The notes beneath the pieces are model-generated. The model saw only the letters and a program-made list of their open reading frames with translations. It was not told the origin of the DNA and did no database searches. Below, in pieces: positions 29,027-40,002 of a DNA stretch of 64,000 nt. Positions within the stretch are counted from its first letter, which is position 1; every line of letters begins with the position of its first letter. The DNA is from an uncultured Bacteroidota bacterium (GTDB lineage: Bacteria; Bacteroidota; Ignavibacteria; UBA10030; UBA6906), in contig CAVOYH010000004.1 in the NCBI GenBank assembly GCA_963700635.1, positions 288,001-352,000 of the forward strand. The letters are read 5' to 3'. A program made the translations under genes and the position numbers.

Positions 29027-31117
29027 ATGACCATGAGAAGGACCATTATGTTGCTGCTTGCCGCCCTTGTTGTTCTGACGGGGCAGCTTTTTGCCCAGCT
29101 GGACCGGAGTATCGTCCCCCCTCCGGGACCTGCGCCGGCGGCATCGTTTCCCGATTACGACATTGTGACTACATCCAACGGGATCCGCGTGATTATCGTG
29201 CAGAACGCGGAACTCCCCACCGTTACCATCCGGCTTCTTATAGACCGCGCGCCGATTCTCGAAAAAGAAACTGTCGGCGGCATTGATGTGACCGGCCAGT
29301 TGATGAGGGCCGGGACGACGAAGCGGACAAAGGACCAGCTGGATGAGGAGATCGATGGGATTGGAGCAAGTATCTCCGCTTCCGGCACGTCGCTCTCAGC
29401 GTTTGGTTTGTCACGGCACACGGAAAAACTCTTTTCGCTTCTTGCCGATATCACCCTCCGGCCGTCGTTTCCGAAGGACGAGCTGGAAAAGCTCATCATG
29501 CAAAACCAGTCGAATCTGAAGGCACGCAAATCGGAACCCGATGCCATTGCCGACCTTCTCCGCAGAAAGATCCTCTATGGTGAGGCCCATCCGTATGGGG
29601 AGGTGGAGACAGAGCAATCGGTGGGGCGTGTGACACAGGCCCGATGCAAGGAACTCTACGATACATATTTTAAGCCTGACGCGGCGATTATCGCCGTGGT
29701 GGGTGATGTGGAGAAGAAGAAAGTACTTTCACTTATCGAGAAGTATTTTGGTGCGTGGAAGAAGGGGAAACTTCCGGTTTCCGTATACGCGGCGGTCTCG
29801 CCGCTGCCTGAACGTTCGATTGCACTCGTGGATAGGGCCAGTTCCGTGCAGTCGGTCATCCGTGTCGCCCAGAGTGTTCCTCTCCAGCGCACATCTCCCG
29901 ATGTCACGGCGGTGACCCTCATGAATAAGGTGCTCGGCGGCGGGGCATTCCGTCTGTTTGCGAACCTGCGTGAAAAGCATTCCTACACCTATGGCGCGTA
30001 CAGCGCAATGGGGCCCGATGAACTGATCGGGGCATTCACGGCATCCACCTCCGTCCGGAACAGCGTTACCGACAGCGCCCTCACCCAGATCTTCTTTGAG
30101 ATTAACCGCATCCGGAACGAAGAAGTCGATCCGTTGGAACTGGACCGCGCCAAGAACTCGCTCAGCGGAAGTTTCGTCCAGAGTCTGGAAACGGCGACCA
30201 ACGTGGCCAACTACGCCATCGAAATCGAACGGTATGATCTTCCGAAGGATTATTACCGGACGTATCTACAGAGAATATCGGCGCTGACGTCGAAAGACGT
30301 ACAGCGCGTCGCCCGGCAGTATCTGACCCCGGAGAAGATGCTTGTCGCCGTGGTGGGATCGGGTAAGGACGTCAAGGATAAACTCGCGCATTTTGGCCCG
30401 GTCACGATGTTCGACGAGGAAGGCAAGAAGGTCGTCGAAAAGCCGGCGTCGGCGATTTCGATGACGGCCGATGAAGTGTTTGCGAAATTCCTTGAACGGA
30501 CCGGGGGCAAGGAACAGTTCAAGACGTTGAGAGACAGGACTATGGAAATGAGCGGCAAAATCCAGAATATGGACGTGAAGGTGAAGACCAGCCAGAAGGC
30601 CCCGTCAAAATTCTACCAGGAAACAGCGATGATGGGAATGGTGCAGAAGTCGGGGTTCGATGGCACCAGAGGATGGTCTTCCAGCCCGATGGGCACGCAG
30701 GATCTGGAAGGGGATCAACTCGAGGCCATGAGGATTGAGGGGGTCATGGACTTCTACGGCCAGTACAAGAGTCTCGGTCTCAAGGCAGCGGTGACCGGGA
30801 TGAAGGACATCAAGGAGCGGGAGTGTTATGAAGTGACGTTCTCGGCTGATTCGGGAAGTCCCATGGTTCATTATTTTGGCACAAAAGACTTCCTCAAAGT
30901 CCGTGAGGTGACCGTCCGAACCACCCCGCGCGGACCGATCGAACAGGTTACGGATTTTGCCGACTACAAAGACTTCAGCGGCTATCTGATTCCAACCAAA
31001 TATGAACAGACTGTGATGGGTCAGTCGTTTGTGATGTCACTCGACAAATGTGAGATCAACACCGGCGTTGCAGACGCTATTTTTGTCAAGCCGGAACCCG
31101 CACAGCAGAAGAAGTAG
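29027..31117 (+). CDS. M16B peptidase non-catalytic subunit with extra C-terminal domain
   Basis: M16 fold without HxxEH, HPYG, and RLFANLREKHSYTYG (R/Y pair). Followed by a ~220-aa beta-rich extension. Confidence 0.88.
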   Translation: MTMRRTIMLLLAALVVLTGQLFAQLDRSIVPPPGPAPAASFPDYDIVTTSNGIRVIIVQNAELPTVTIRLLIDRAPILEKETVGGIDVTGQLMRAGTTKRTKDQLDEEIDGIGASISASGTSLSAFGLSRHTEKLFSLLADITLRPSFPKDELEKLIMQNQSNLKARKSEPDAIADLLRRKILYGEAHPYGEVETEQSVGRVTQARCKELYDTYFKPDAAIIAVVGDVEKKKVLSLIEKYFGAWKKGKLPVSVYAAVSPLPERSIALVDRASSVQSVIRVAQSVPLQRTSPDVTAVTLMNKVLGGGAFRLFANLREKHSYTYGAYSAMGPDELIGAFTASTSVRNSVTDSALTQIFFEINRIRNEEVDPLELDRAKNSLSGSFVQSLETATNVANYAIEIERYDLPKDYYRTYLQRISALTSKDVQRVARQYLTPEKMLVAVVGSGKDVKDKLAHFGPVTMFDEEGKKVVEKPASAISMTADEVFAKFLERTGGKEQFKTLRDRTMEMSGKIQNMDVKVKTSQKAPSKFYQETAMMGMVQKSGFDGTRGWSSSPMGTQDLEGDQLEAMRIEGVMDFYGQYKSLGLKAAVTGMKDIKERECYEVTFSADSGSPMVHYFGTKDFLKVREVTVRTTPRGPIEQVTDFADYKDFSGYLIPTKYEQTVMGQSFVMSLDKCEINTGVADAIFVKPEPAQQKK

Positions 31118-31207
31118 GCCGCATAGACATACAGCGATGGATCGTCGGAGAGAGAAGAGGCATTGAGCTTCTTCTCTCTTCGCTTTTTTGCGGTGTCTGG
31201 CAGGTAC

Positions 31208-32002
31208 TTATTCCGCCCTCCTGCTTCTGGAGCCGCGTGTGGCGTGGGCAAGCCAGTAGTACACCCTCCGCGGAAGCCAGCGGGCGGCCAGCGCGACAAG
31301 TTTATAACGGAGTCCAGGGATGGAAACGACCCTCCCTTTCTCAAGGTCCCGTATCGACGTGGCCACGACCTCTTCGGCAGTCATAAAATGCCGGAAAAAA
31401 TCCCCCGAGGTGTCAATGCCGAGTCGTTCATGGAAGTCAGATCGGGTGTAACCGGGGCAGAGCGATTGAACACGAATTCCCGAGCCTGACAGTTCAAGGT
31501 GGAGCGATTCGGTGAAACTCGTAATATAGGCCTTTGTTGCGCAGTAGGTTGCGCTTTTCGGCCCGACGAGAAAACCGGCGATGGACGAAACGTTGATGAT
31601 GGTGCCGTTCTTGCGGTTGCGCATGCCTGGCAAGACCGCGTGGGTCAGCCGGATTGTGGCGAGAACATGGGTCCGGACCATCTCCTCCTGCGCTTCAATG
31701 CTCTCCTGCGTGAAGCTCTTCTTCAAGCCGTAGCCGGCGTTATTCACGAGCACCACGAGGTCCGGAATGCTCTGCATGCGCTGCTCCAGAGCCTTCACCT
31801 CTTCCAGCCGGGAGAATTCCGCAAGAGCATATTCCGCGCGGATCCCGTAGCGCGCCTGCAGGCTCCGGGAGAGTTGTTCGAGTTTTTCCTTTCTGCGTCC
31901 GTGCAGGAGCAACGCGTACCCCCGGGAGGCGAAATGATGCGCAAAAGCTTCTCCAATACCGGATGAAGCCCCGGTAATGCACGCAGTTCCTGGTTGTTGC
32001 AT
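31208..32002 (-). CDS. Short-chain dehydrogenase/reductase (DltE-like)
   Basis: TGASSGIG, NNAG, NVSS, YCATK (YxxxK) and CPG.T. Confidence 0.93.
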   Translation of the reverse strand: MQQPGTACITGASSGIGEAFAHHFASRGYALLLHGRRKEKLEQLSRSLQARYGIRAEYALAEFSRLEEVKALEQRMQSIPDLVVLVNNAGYGLKKSFTQESIEAQEEMVRTHVLATIRLTHAVLPGMRNRKNGTIINVSSIAGFLVGPKSATYCATKAYITSFTESLHLELSGSGIRVQSLCPGYTRSDFHERLGIDTSGDFFRHFMTAEEVVATSIRDLEKGRVVSIPGLRYKLVALAARWLPRRVYYWLAHATRGSRSRRAE

Positions 32003-32011
32003 ATAGGACGA

Positions 32012-33988
32012 TTACCTTATGTAGAGCATAGTGCGTGTGAGAATGGCCCCGTTTGCGGCCAGACGGTAATAGTACACTCCGGTAGCCACCTGGCGGTCGG
32101 GAGTGCGTTCGGGGCTCCCCCCGGAATACCCTGGACCCCACTGATACTCGTGGATGCCCGGTTCTGCGACTCCACTATGGAGCGTGGTGATGAGCTGTCC
32201 GAGGATGTTATGCACGGTTAACGTGATATGGTCCCGCCGGGGGATTACAATCCTGATACTTGTTCCGTTGTTGAATGGATTAGGATAGTTCTGGGCAAGC
32301 AGTGGCGTAACAGGAAGTTCGGGAGCGGGGTCAATCACTTCCCTCAGGATCCATTGCTCCGGATCAACTTCTGCACGTTCAGGCCGGAACGGAAGTCTGA
32401 CCTCGAACTGCTCACTGTTCCGTGAATTCCAGACGACGACTGTTGTGTCCTTTCCGGCCGCGGAAAATCGAATGTCTACGGGCATGACAAACACCGCCGG
32501 GTTGGTTGTTCCGGTCTTCTGCTCCAGGTCCATTTCGATTCGAAAGGAAGACCCGTCTGCGAACGCGGTCCACCGGAGCGTGTAACGCGGATATTTCTCA
32601 CCGTACACCCATTGTGCAAAAAAGAAGGCCAGAGATTTTTCGTAGACGGATTCGCAGACCTGCTGGAAATCAGCGGTGCTCGCCGTTCCATACTGGAAGC
32701 GCGGGTCGTCAGCATACGCCCGTAGAGCCCGGAAAAAGAGCGAGTCACCCATAACATGGCGGAGCATGTGCAGAACGGATGCTCCTTTGGAGTAGACACG
32801 GTTCCGGGCGAACAGGTTGGGAACACTCGCCGTATCCCGCACGAAGAGGGATCCCTGTGCGGCGAGCGCATCGGACATCCGGTAACGGATGAGAGCCTGG
32901 TATTGTGCTATCCCATACCGCGCCTCACGGTACAATGATTCGCTGTATGTTGCAAAGCCCTCGTTCAGCCAGAGATCCTCCCAGGTACGGCAGGTGATCA
33001 TGTTTCCGAACCACTGGTGGGCCAATTCATGCGCGATAACATCCTCGTCGAATGTCGTTGTTGATGTCATCGTCTGGTGCTCCATCGCGCCACCGCGTCC
33101 GAATTCGCTGTGGCCGTACTTCTCTTTCAGAAACGGATAGGGGCCGTACAACCGTGAGAATATCTCCAGCATGTCGACAGTTTTCGGGAGTGTCGCCTGT
33201 GCCTGCTGGAGATGGTGCGGGAGGATGTAATTCAGAATCTCCAGAGAGTCCCCGGGAGCGTATCTGTACCAGTTGCTGAATTCTACGTACGGAGCGATGG
33301 CCACTGAAACAAGGTATGTGGCGATGGGGTATCGTTCTGCCCAGATGTGTGTGGATGTTCCGTCATTGTTATCGCGGACGCCGAGGAGACGCCCATTGGA
33401 ACCAACCTTCAGTCCCGTCGCACAGGTGACGGAGATATCGACGGAATCAGCTTTGTCCAGCGGATGATCTTTGCACGGCCACCAGTCTTTGGCTCCGTAA
33501 GGCTGGCTGAGGGACCAGACCCATGCTCCACCAAAGGTACTCGAAAAAACGAAGCTTCCGAACCCCGATGCCAGGGGTGTCCCGTGGTAACCGATATCGA
33601 CCACTATGTGTTCGCCCCTGGTGTATTTTCGGGGGAGCTGGATCATAAACGTGGAAGGAAAACGGGCCACCTGAAGGAGGGAAGATCCCTGCCGTACGGA
33701 ATCCAGCGTCATGGAGGCCGCGAGATCCAGCGTAACGGAGGCCAGAGAGTCTGCCAGCACCAGAGCCTCAATCCTCACGTCGCCACTGATGAGACTGGTC
33801 ACGTGGTCAACCCGCAGATGGATCCCGTAATAGGTTACATCGATACCCTGTGCTCCTGCGGAAGAGGGGATATTCGGGCGTGCCAGAAACTTGCTCTTTG
33901 CCGAACATCCTTCATCCGTCCCGCCGGCGGCGGAGAGAACGAAGAACAACAGACCTGAAAAAATAACGATCCACCATGGAAATCTCAT
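32012..33988 (-). CDS. M1 family aminopeptidase with T9SS type A C-terminal domain
   Basis: GGAMEH, HELAHQWFG, WLNEGFATY and YSKGA motifs, with C-terminal QNYPNPFN...GVYYYRL. Confidence 0.92.
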   Translation of the reverse strand: MRFPWWIVIFSGLLFFVLSAAGGTDEGCSAKSKFLARPNIPSSAGAQGIDVTYYGIHLRVDHVTSLISGDVRIEALVLADSLASVTLDLAASMTLDSVRQGSSLLQVARFPSTFMIQLPRKYTRGEHIVVDIGYHGTPLASGFGSFVFSSTFGGAWVWSLSQPYGAKDWWPCKDHPLDKADSVDISVTCATGLKVGSNGRLLGVRDNNDGTSTHIWAERYPIATYLVSVAIAPYVEFSNWYRYAPGDSLEILNYILPHHLQQAQATLPKTVDMLEIFSRLYGPYPFLKEKYGHSEFGRGGAMEHQTMTSTTTFDEDVIAHELAHQWFGNMITCRTWEDLWLNEGFATYSESLYREARYGIAQYQALIRYRMSDALAAQGSLFVRDTASVPNLFARNRVYSKGASVLHMLRHVMGDSLFFRALRAYADDPRFQYGTASTADFQQVCESVYEKSLAFFFAQWVYGEKYPRYTLRWTAFADGSSFRIEMDLEQKTGTTNPAVFVMPVDIRFSAAGKDTTVVVWNSRNSEQFEVRLPFRPERAEVDPEQWILREVIDPAPELPVTPLLAQNYPNPFNNGTSIRIVIPRRDHITLTVHNILGQLITTLHSGVAEPGIHEYQWGPGYSGGSPERTPDRQVATGVYYYRLAANGAILTRTMLYIR

Positions 33989-34029
33989 AGATTCTAAGAT
34001 ACTAACCTCGCGTGCGACCTGCAAACGAG

Positions 34030-34058
34030 TTGACTTTTCGGCGCCGAGTTGGTAGTTT
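34030..34058 (+). promoter_or_regulatory. sigma70-type promoter for ferritin
   Basis: TTGACT (34030-34035), 17 bp, TAGTTT (34053-34058). Confidence 0.55.
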
Positions 34059-34109
34059 ACAGTACGTATATTCCTTTTACCACCAATCCACAATCAGGGA
34101 CACCATCGA

Positions 34110-34601
34110 ATGCTAAGCAAGACACTTCAAGACGCCTTTAACGAGCAGATCCGGAACGAGATTCAGTCTGCATACCTCTATCTGGCAATGGCCCAGCACT
34201 GCGAAGCCGTCAACCTTCCGGGGTGCGCGTCCTGGCTCACCGCACAATGGGCGGAGGAGCTGGAACATGCGATGAAATTCGTCGCATACGTGAATGACCG
34301 CGGCGGTCGCGTGCTGCTCGGCGCCATCGAGAAGCCCCAGGCCGAATATGCTTCACCCACGGCGGTGTTCACCCAGGTCCTGGCGCATGAACAGAAGGTC
34401 ACGGGGATGATCAACCAGTTGTACGCGCTTGCTCTCAAAGAGAACGATTACGCTTCGCAGGTTGAGCTCCAGTGGTTCATCAAGGAGCAGGTTGAAGAGG
34501 AAAAGAGTGCGGAGGCAATCATCGTGCAATTGAAGATGGTTGGAGAAAGCGCAACTGCCCTTCTGATGCTGGATCGTCAACTCGGCAACCGGGGGAAATA
34601 G
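34110..34601 (+). CDS. ftnA: Ferritin (non-heme)
   Basis: [31 protein letters not shown] and [12 protein letters not shown] ferroxidase motifs. Confidence 0.95.
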   Translation: MLSKTLQDAFNEQIRNEIQSAYLYLAMAQHCEAVNLPGCASWLTAQWAEELEHAMKFVAYVNDRGGRVLLGAIEKPQAEYASPTAVFTQVLAHEQKVTGMINQLYALALKENDYASQVELQWFIKEQVEEEKSAEAIIVQLKMVGESATALLMLDRQLGNRGK

Positions 34602-34770
34602 CAGGTCCCGGCCCCGGGGCATAGAACCCCGTCTGTACTTGCCGTCGCGTCCTTCCGGGGATAGTGGAGGAGCTCCTTCCCCTGCTATCCTCGGATCCTA
34701 CCAGTACTTGTCCGCGCGCGTTTGTTCTGCACACATGTGATGCCGCAGAAGTGCGGTGAAGGAGGTTATT

Positions 34771-35844
34771 ATGGTCACCCGGGATGCCCCTCTCCGTTTC
34801 GGAATCATCGGATTCGGAAGTTTTGCCGAACGGGCAATCGCTCCGGCGATACGGGAGACCCCCGGGGTAGAACTTCAGGCAATTCAGAAACGATCGCTTG
34901 ACGCTGCCCGCAACAAGGCCCGGGAGCATGGCATACCCCTGTTCTTTTCCACCGCAGAGGAACTTGCGGCCCATCCTGACGTCGACGCGGTGTTTATCGT
35001 GTCGGCAAACGCGTCACACTGCGCCGAAACAAGCGCTGCAGCACGTGCAGGCAAACATGTGCTTGTGGAAAAACCGATGGCCATGACCGTGCCTGAGGCA
35101 GAACAGATGATCGACGTCTGTGCGCGTAACAAGGTACGGCTCATGGTGGGCCATATGATTCGTTTTTCACCGCTGGTTCTTCGCATGCGCGAAGTCATAC
35201 GATCCGGCATACTGGGAAAACTCGTGTTTGTCAGGGCCGACTTCGTGTATGACGGGCGACTCTCGCACAGGGTCTGGTTGCGGGATCGGGGCATTGCGGG
35301 AGGCGGTCCAGTGTTCGACGTGGGTGTGCATTGCCTTGATACGCTCCGGTTTATCCTGGATGACGAAGTGCGGTCCGTGCACGCAGTTCTTGATCCGCTG
35401 CCGACACAATCACAAACCGAAGAAACCGCGCTGCTCGGACTTCAATTCTCTCGGGGAACGACCGGGTCCATTCTCTGCTCGTATGCCGCGCCGGTTCGCC
35501 GGAAGGAAATCGAAATTCTGGGGATGGAGGGGCGGATGACGGCGGAGGATTTTACGGTCGGGGGTATTTCTGCACAACTCCGGATTGACACATCGAAGGA
35601 CTCCGCGCCGGCCAGAGTGCTGGAAGAGACATTTCAGATCCCCAATCTGTATGTGAAGGAAATCTCCCATTTTGCAGAGGCGATCCGCACGGGTTCGGCC
35701 CTGCACACACCGGGGGAAAATGGCCTCGCCAATCAGAGGGTTCTGGATCGGGCCGTCGCAGGGGGCGGCACACCTTCCGGCTCGTTGCATTTTGATCCCC
35801 TTGTTCCTACAATGAACACCATCGGACACCCCATAAAGCGGTAG
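34771..35844 (+). CDS. Gfo/Idh/MocA family oxidoreductase
   Basis: SD AGGAGG, GIIGFG, AGKHVLVEKPMA and GGGPVFDVGVHCLD. Confidence 0.92.
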   Translation: MVTRDAPLRFGIIGFGSFAERAIAPAIRETPGVELQAIQKRSLDAARNKAREHGIPLFFSTAEELAAHPDVDAVFIVSANASHCAETSAAARAGKHVLVEKPMAMTVPEAEQMIDVCARNKVRLMVGHMIRFSPLVLRMREVIRSGILGKLVFVRADFVYDGRLSHRVWLRDRGIAGGGPVFDVGVHCLDTLRFILDDEVRSVHAVLDPLPTQSQTEETALLGLQFSRGTTGSILCSYAAPVRRKEIEILGMEGRMTAEDFTVGGISAQLRIDTSKDSAPARVLEETFQIPNLYVKEISHFAEAIRTGSALHTPGENGLANQRVLDRAVAGGGTPSGSLHFDPLVPTMNTIGHPIKR

Positions 35845-35845
35845 C

Positions 35846-36913
35846 ATGAAAACGAAGACCCGTATCATACTCGTAGTAGCAATCCTCGCGATTCTTGCAG
35901 TTCTGTTAAGTCCGCGGCTAAAGCTCTTTTCCCCTTCAGAGACTCTTCCTGGCGGATCCGGGCAACGTGATGTGCGCCTGCCGGTGTCCGCCATTGTCGT
36001 GCGCCCTGAACCTCTGACGAACTCCATTCGTGCGACCGGCACCATTCTGGCGTATGAGGAAGTGGAACTGCGGAGCGAAATAGCCGGAAAAATTGAGCGT
36101 ATTGGTTTCCAGGAGGGAAGTGTTGTACAGAAGGGTGCGCTCCTGGTGAAGATCAACAGCGATGAAATTCAGGCACAACTTCAAAAACTGGAGTCGCAGG
36201 TCAAACTCGCTGAAGAAAAGGAACGCCGGCGCCGCCTTCTTTTTGAAAAACAGAATATCAGTCCCGAAGACTACGACATTGCACTGAATGAACTCAATTC
36301 CATCAAGGCCGAGTTTCAGTACAATCGCGCCCGGCTGGAAAAGACCGAGATCCGGGCTCCCTTCACAGGGGTGATCGGACTCCGCTACGTGAGTGAGGGG
36401 AGTTATGTATCATCAACCACCCGGATTGCAAGTCTTCAAAACCTGGAGCAGGTCAAAATAGATTTTGCGGTGCCGGAGCGGTATGCGCAGTCCGTGAAGG
36501 TGGGCCAGATGATACGTTTTACCCGAGCAGGATCGCAGGAGGTATTTTCGGGCAAGATTTTTGCGATTGAACCCAAAATAGATCCTCAAACGCGCACGCT
36601 CCAGGTACGCGCGCTTTCGCGGAATGTGGGCGGCCGTTTGCTCCCGGGAGGGTTTGCGGGGGTAGTGCTGGAACTCGAACACTTTGAGGGGGCGTTGCTG
36701 GTGCCAAGCCAGGCAATCGTTCCCGAGTTGCAGGGACAGAAGGTATTTCTGCAGCGTAACGGCAGAGCGGAGCAGTCGCAGGTCGAGGTCGGGATGCGTA
36801 CGGAAGCACGTGTGCAGATTCTTTCGGGCGTTCGGCCCGGGGACACCGTTATTACGACCGGCATGCTGCAGCTCGCACCTGGACTCCCCGTACAGCTCAC
36901 GTCGGTGGAGTAG
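35846..36913 (+). CDS. RND efflux periplasmic adaptor (MFP)
   Basis: N-terminal anchor, lipoyl half-motifs SEIAGKI..I.F.EG..V.KG and IRAPFTGVIG, and LVPSQAI. Confidence 0.92.
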   Translation: MKTKTRIILVVAILAILAVLLSPRLKLFSPSETLPGGSGQRDVRLPVSAIVVRPEPLTNSIRATGTILAYEEVELRSEIAGKIERIGFQEGSVVQKGALLVKINSDEIQAQLQKLESQVKLAEEKERRRRLLFEKQNISPEDYDIALNELNSIKAEFQYNRARLEKTEIRAPFTGVIGLRYVSEGSYVSSTTRIASLQNLEQVKIDFAVPERYAQSVKVGQMIRFTRAGSQEVFSGKIFAIEPKIDPQTRTLQVRALSRNVGGRLLPGGFAGVVLELEHFEGALLVPSQAIVPELQGQKVFLQRNGRAEQSQVEVGMRTEARVQILSGVRPGDTVITTGMLQLAPGLPVQLTSVE

Positions 36914-36919
36914 AGCACC

Positions 36920-39900
36920 ATGAGTCTGGCAGAAACCGCCATCCGGCGCCCCGTCCTCGCCATCGTGATGTCCATAGCGATTGTGCTGTTTGGCATTATC
37001 GGCTACAGCTATCTCGGCGTCCGCGAATACCCCAGCGTTGATCCCCCGGTTGTGACCGTGTCGGCCTCGTACACCGGCGCAAATGCGGATGTCATTGAAT
37101 CACAGATCACGGAGCCGCTTGAAGAAACCATCAGCGGCATTGCCGGCATCCGTTCGTTGAAGTCCACGAGTTCCGAAGGACGCTGCAACATTACCGTTGA
37201 GTTCGAGCTCGGCGTGGATATGGAAGCTGCGGCCAACGATGTGCGCGACAAGGTGTCGCGTGCGGTCCGACTTCTCCCCCCTGACGCGGATAACCCCGTC
37301 GTGATGAAAGCCGACGCCGATGCCATTCCCATTCTCTTCATGAGTGTAAAAAGTGACCGGCGGAATCTGCTGCAGTTGACAGACATTGCAACCAATGTCT
37401 TCAAGGAACGGCTGCAGACGATCGACGGCGTGAGCGAAGTGCAGATCTGGGGAGAAAAACGTTATGCGATGCGATTGTGGATGGATCCGGCCCGCCTTGC
37501 AGCGTACCGCCTCTCACCTCTTGATGTGCGGAGTGCGCTGCTCCGCGAAAACGTGGAATTGCCGTCCGGCAGAATCGAAGGACAATGGACTGAACTCACC
37601 GTCCGCACCTTAAGCCGTCTCTCCACTCCGGAGGAATTTAACAATCTGATTGTGCGCGAGTCCGAGGGACGTATCATACGCTTCCGGGATATCGGCACCG
37701 CCGAATTGGGACCGGAGAACTACAGGAGCATTCTCCGCCGTGACGGCACTCCGATGGTGGGAGTGGTACTCATTCCGCGGTCCGGGGCGAACTACATTAC
37801 TATCGTCGATGAAGCATACCGGCGGGTTGAAGATCTTAAAAGAGATCTCCCCGAGGACATCGGGATGGGTGTTGGTTTTGATTCCTCACGGTATATCAGA
37901 CAGGCCGTTGCCGAGGTTGCAGAAACGGTTCTCCTGGCCTTTGCCCTGGTGTTTCTCGTCATTTACCTGTTTCTCCGGGACCTCCGGACAACGATTATCC
38001 CGATGCTCGCCGTGCCGGTATCACTGATCGGCGCGTTCTTTATTATGTACATCGCAGATTTCTCTGTGAATGTGCTCACGCTCCTCGGCATTGTGCTGGC
38101 CATCGGACTTGTGGTGGACGATGCGATCGTGATGCTGGAGAACATCTTTACCAAGATCGAGGGGGGTATGCTCCCCCGCGAGGCGGGAAACCGGGGTTCC
38201 TCAGAGGTGTACTTTGCGATCATCGCAACAACAGTCGCGCTGGTGGCGGTGTTCCTTCCGGTGATTTTTCTTCAGGGCATCACGGGGCGTCTGTTCAAGG
38301 AATTTGGCATTGTGCTGTCCGGCTCAGTCATTATCTCCTCGTTTGTCGCTCTGACCCTCACCCCGATGATGTGTACCCGGATTTTCAGACAACATCAACA
38401 CCACAGCCGATTCTATCAGGCGACGGAGCCATTTTTCCGGACCATGGCGGACCGATACCGGGATCTCCTCGCCGGGTTCCTGGAACGCCGCTGGATGGCG
38501 TTTGCCGTTGTCGGGGGGGCATTCGTGCTGATTGCCGTGGTGGGGATGTCGCTGCAATCGGAACTGGCCCCTCTTGAAGATCGGGGCAGGATGCGGGTAA
38601 ATGTGACGGGACCCGAGGGGTCCTCCTTCGAGTACATGGATGCGTACATGGCGGAGCTTGTGGCAAAGGCCGAACGTACGGTCCCCGAACGGGAAGCGAT
38701 CATCGCCATCACCTCCGGCGGCGGCGGTGGGGCAGTGAATTCGGGCTTTATGAACATTATTTTGAGGGATGCCGGTACGCGCACGCGGACGCAACAGCAG
38801 ATCGCAGACCAGATTTCTACACTGGTGCGCGGGATAACCGGTGCTCGAGCGTTTGTGACACAGGATCAGACGATCGGCGGGCGTACGCGGGGACTGCCTG
38901 TACAATTTGTTATCGAGGCGCCGAACTTCGAGAAGCTCAAAGAAAGACTTCCGCAGTTTCTCGCGGCGGCGAAATCACATCCGGACTTCGAGGTTGTGGA
39001 CGCCAACCTGAAATTCAACAAACCCGAAACGCGTGTCCAGATCGACCGCGACCGGGCCAAAGCCCTCGGTGTTTCTGCCATCGACATTGCACAGACACTC
39101 CAGGCGGCCTTCAGTGGTCAGCGGTTCGACTACTTCGTCATGAATGCAAAACTGTATCAGGTTATCGGACAGGTACGACGGGAGGACCGTGATGATCCCA
39201 TCGACCTGAAGTCGCTTTATGTCAAGAACAGCCGGGGCGAGATGGTACAGCTGGACAACGTGGTAACCCTGGTGGAAGAGAGTAGTCCTCCCGCGCTCTA
39301 CAGGTTCGACCGGTATGTCGCAGCCACCGTGTCGGCGGGTCTCGCCGCGGTTATACGATGGGGGATGGTATCACCGCCATGCGCGGGTGGCAGATCGTGT
39401 TCTGGACGAATCATTCAGCACCGCTCTGGATGGTGCGTCAAAAGACTACGCCGAAAGTTCATCCAGCCTGGTCTTCGCGTTTGCACTGGCCATCGTGTTG
39501 ATTTATCTTGTGCTCGCCGCACAGTTTGAGAGCTTCCGCGACCCGTTGACCATCATGTTTACCGTCCCGCTGGCGCTGAGCGGTGCCCTGTTTTCGCTCT
39601 GGTACTTTGGACAGACCATGAACATTTTCAGTCAGATCGGTATGATCATGTTGATCGGGCTGGTCACGAAGAACGGCATTCTGATCGTGGAGTTCGCGAA
39701 TCAGCGACGTGAGGCAGGGTCGTCGCTGTAGGATGCAATCCAGGACGCCTCGGCAGCCCGGTTGCGGCCGATCCTCATGACCGCACTTTCGACAATTCTG
39801 GGAACACTGCCGATCGCCCTTGCACTCGGCGCCGGAGCGGAAAGCCGGGTGTCAATGGGTATCGCTGTTGTCGGAGGACTCGTGCTCGCGACGGTATTGA

Positions 39901-39968
39901 CTCTTTTTGTGGTCCCGGCCGTTTATACCTTCATTGCGCGGAAGGATGTCGTAAGCCCGTCGCCGTAA
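36920..39968 (+). pseudogene. RND efflux permease (HAE1/AcrB family) with two -1 indels (about 39349 and 39385) and an in-frame TAG (39729-39731)
   Basis: IRRPVLA, REYPSVDPP, GLVVDDAIV.LENI, GLVTKNGILIVEFANQ and RLRPILMT. The reading continues across three ORF fragments to TAA 39968. Confidence 0.88.
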
Positions 39969-40002
39969 CGTAACCACCTCACACTGCTCCAGTCGGTTGC
40001 CC

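Noticed and set aside
39729-39731. TAG recoding (alternative genetic code or pyrrolysine)
   Set aside because: TAG is the normal stop of several intact genes here (e.g. ending at 2691, 27632, 31117, 34601, 36913), and this TAG lies beside two indels.
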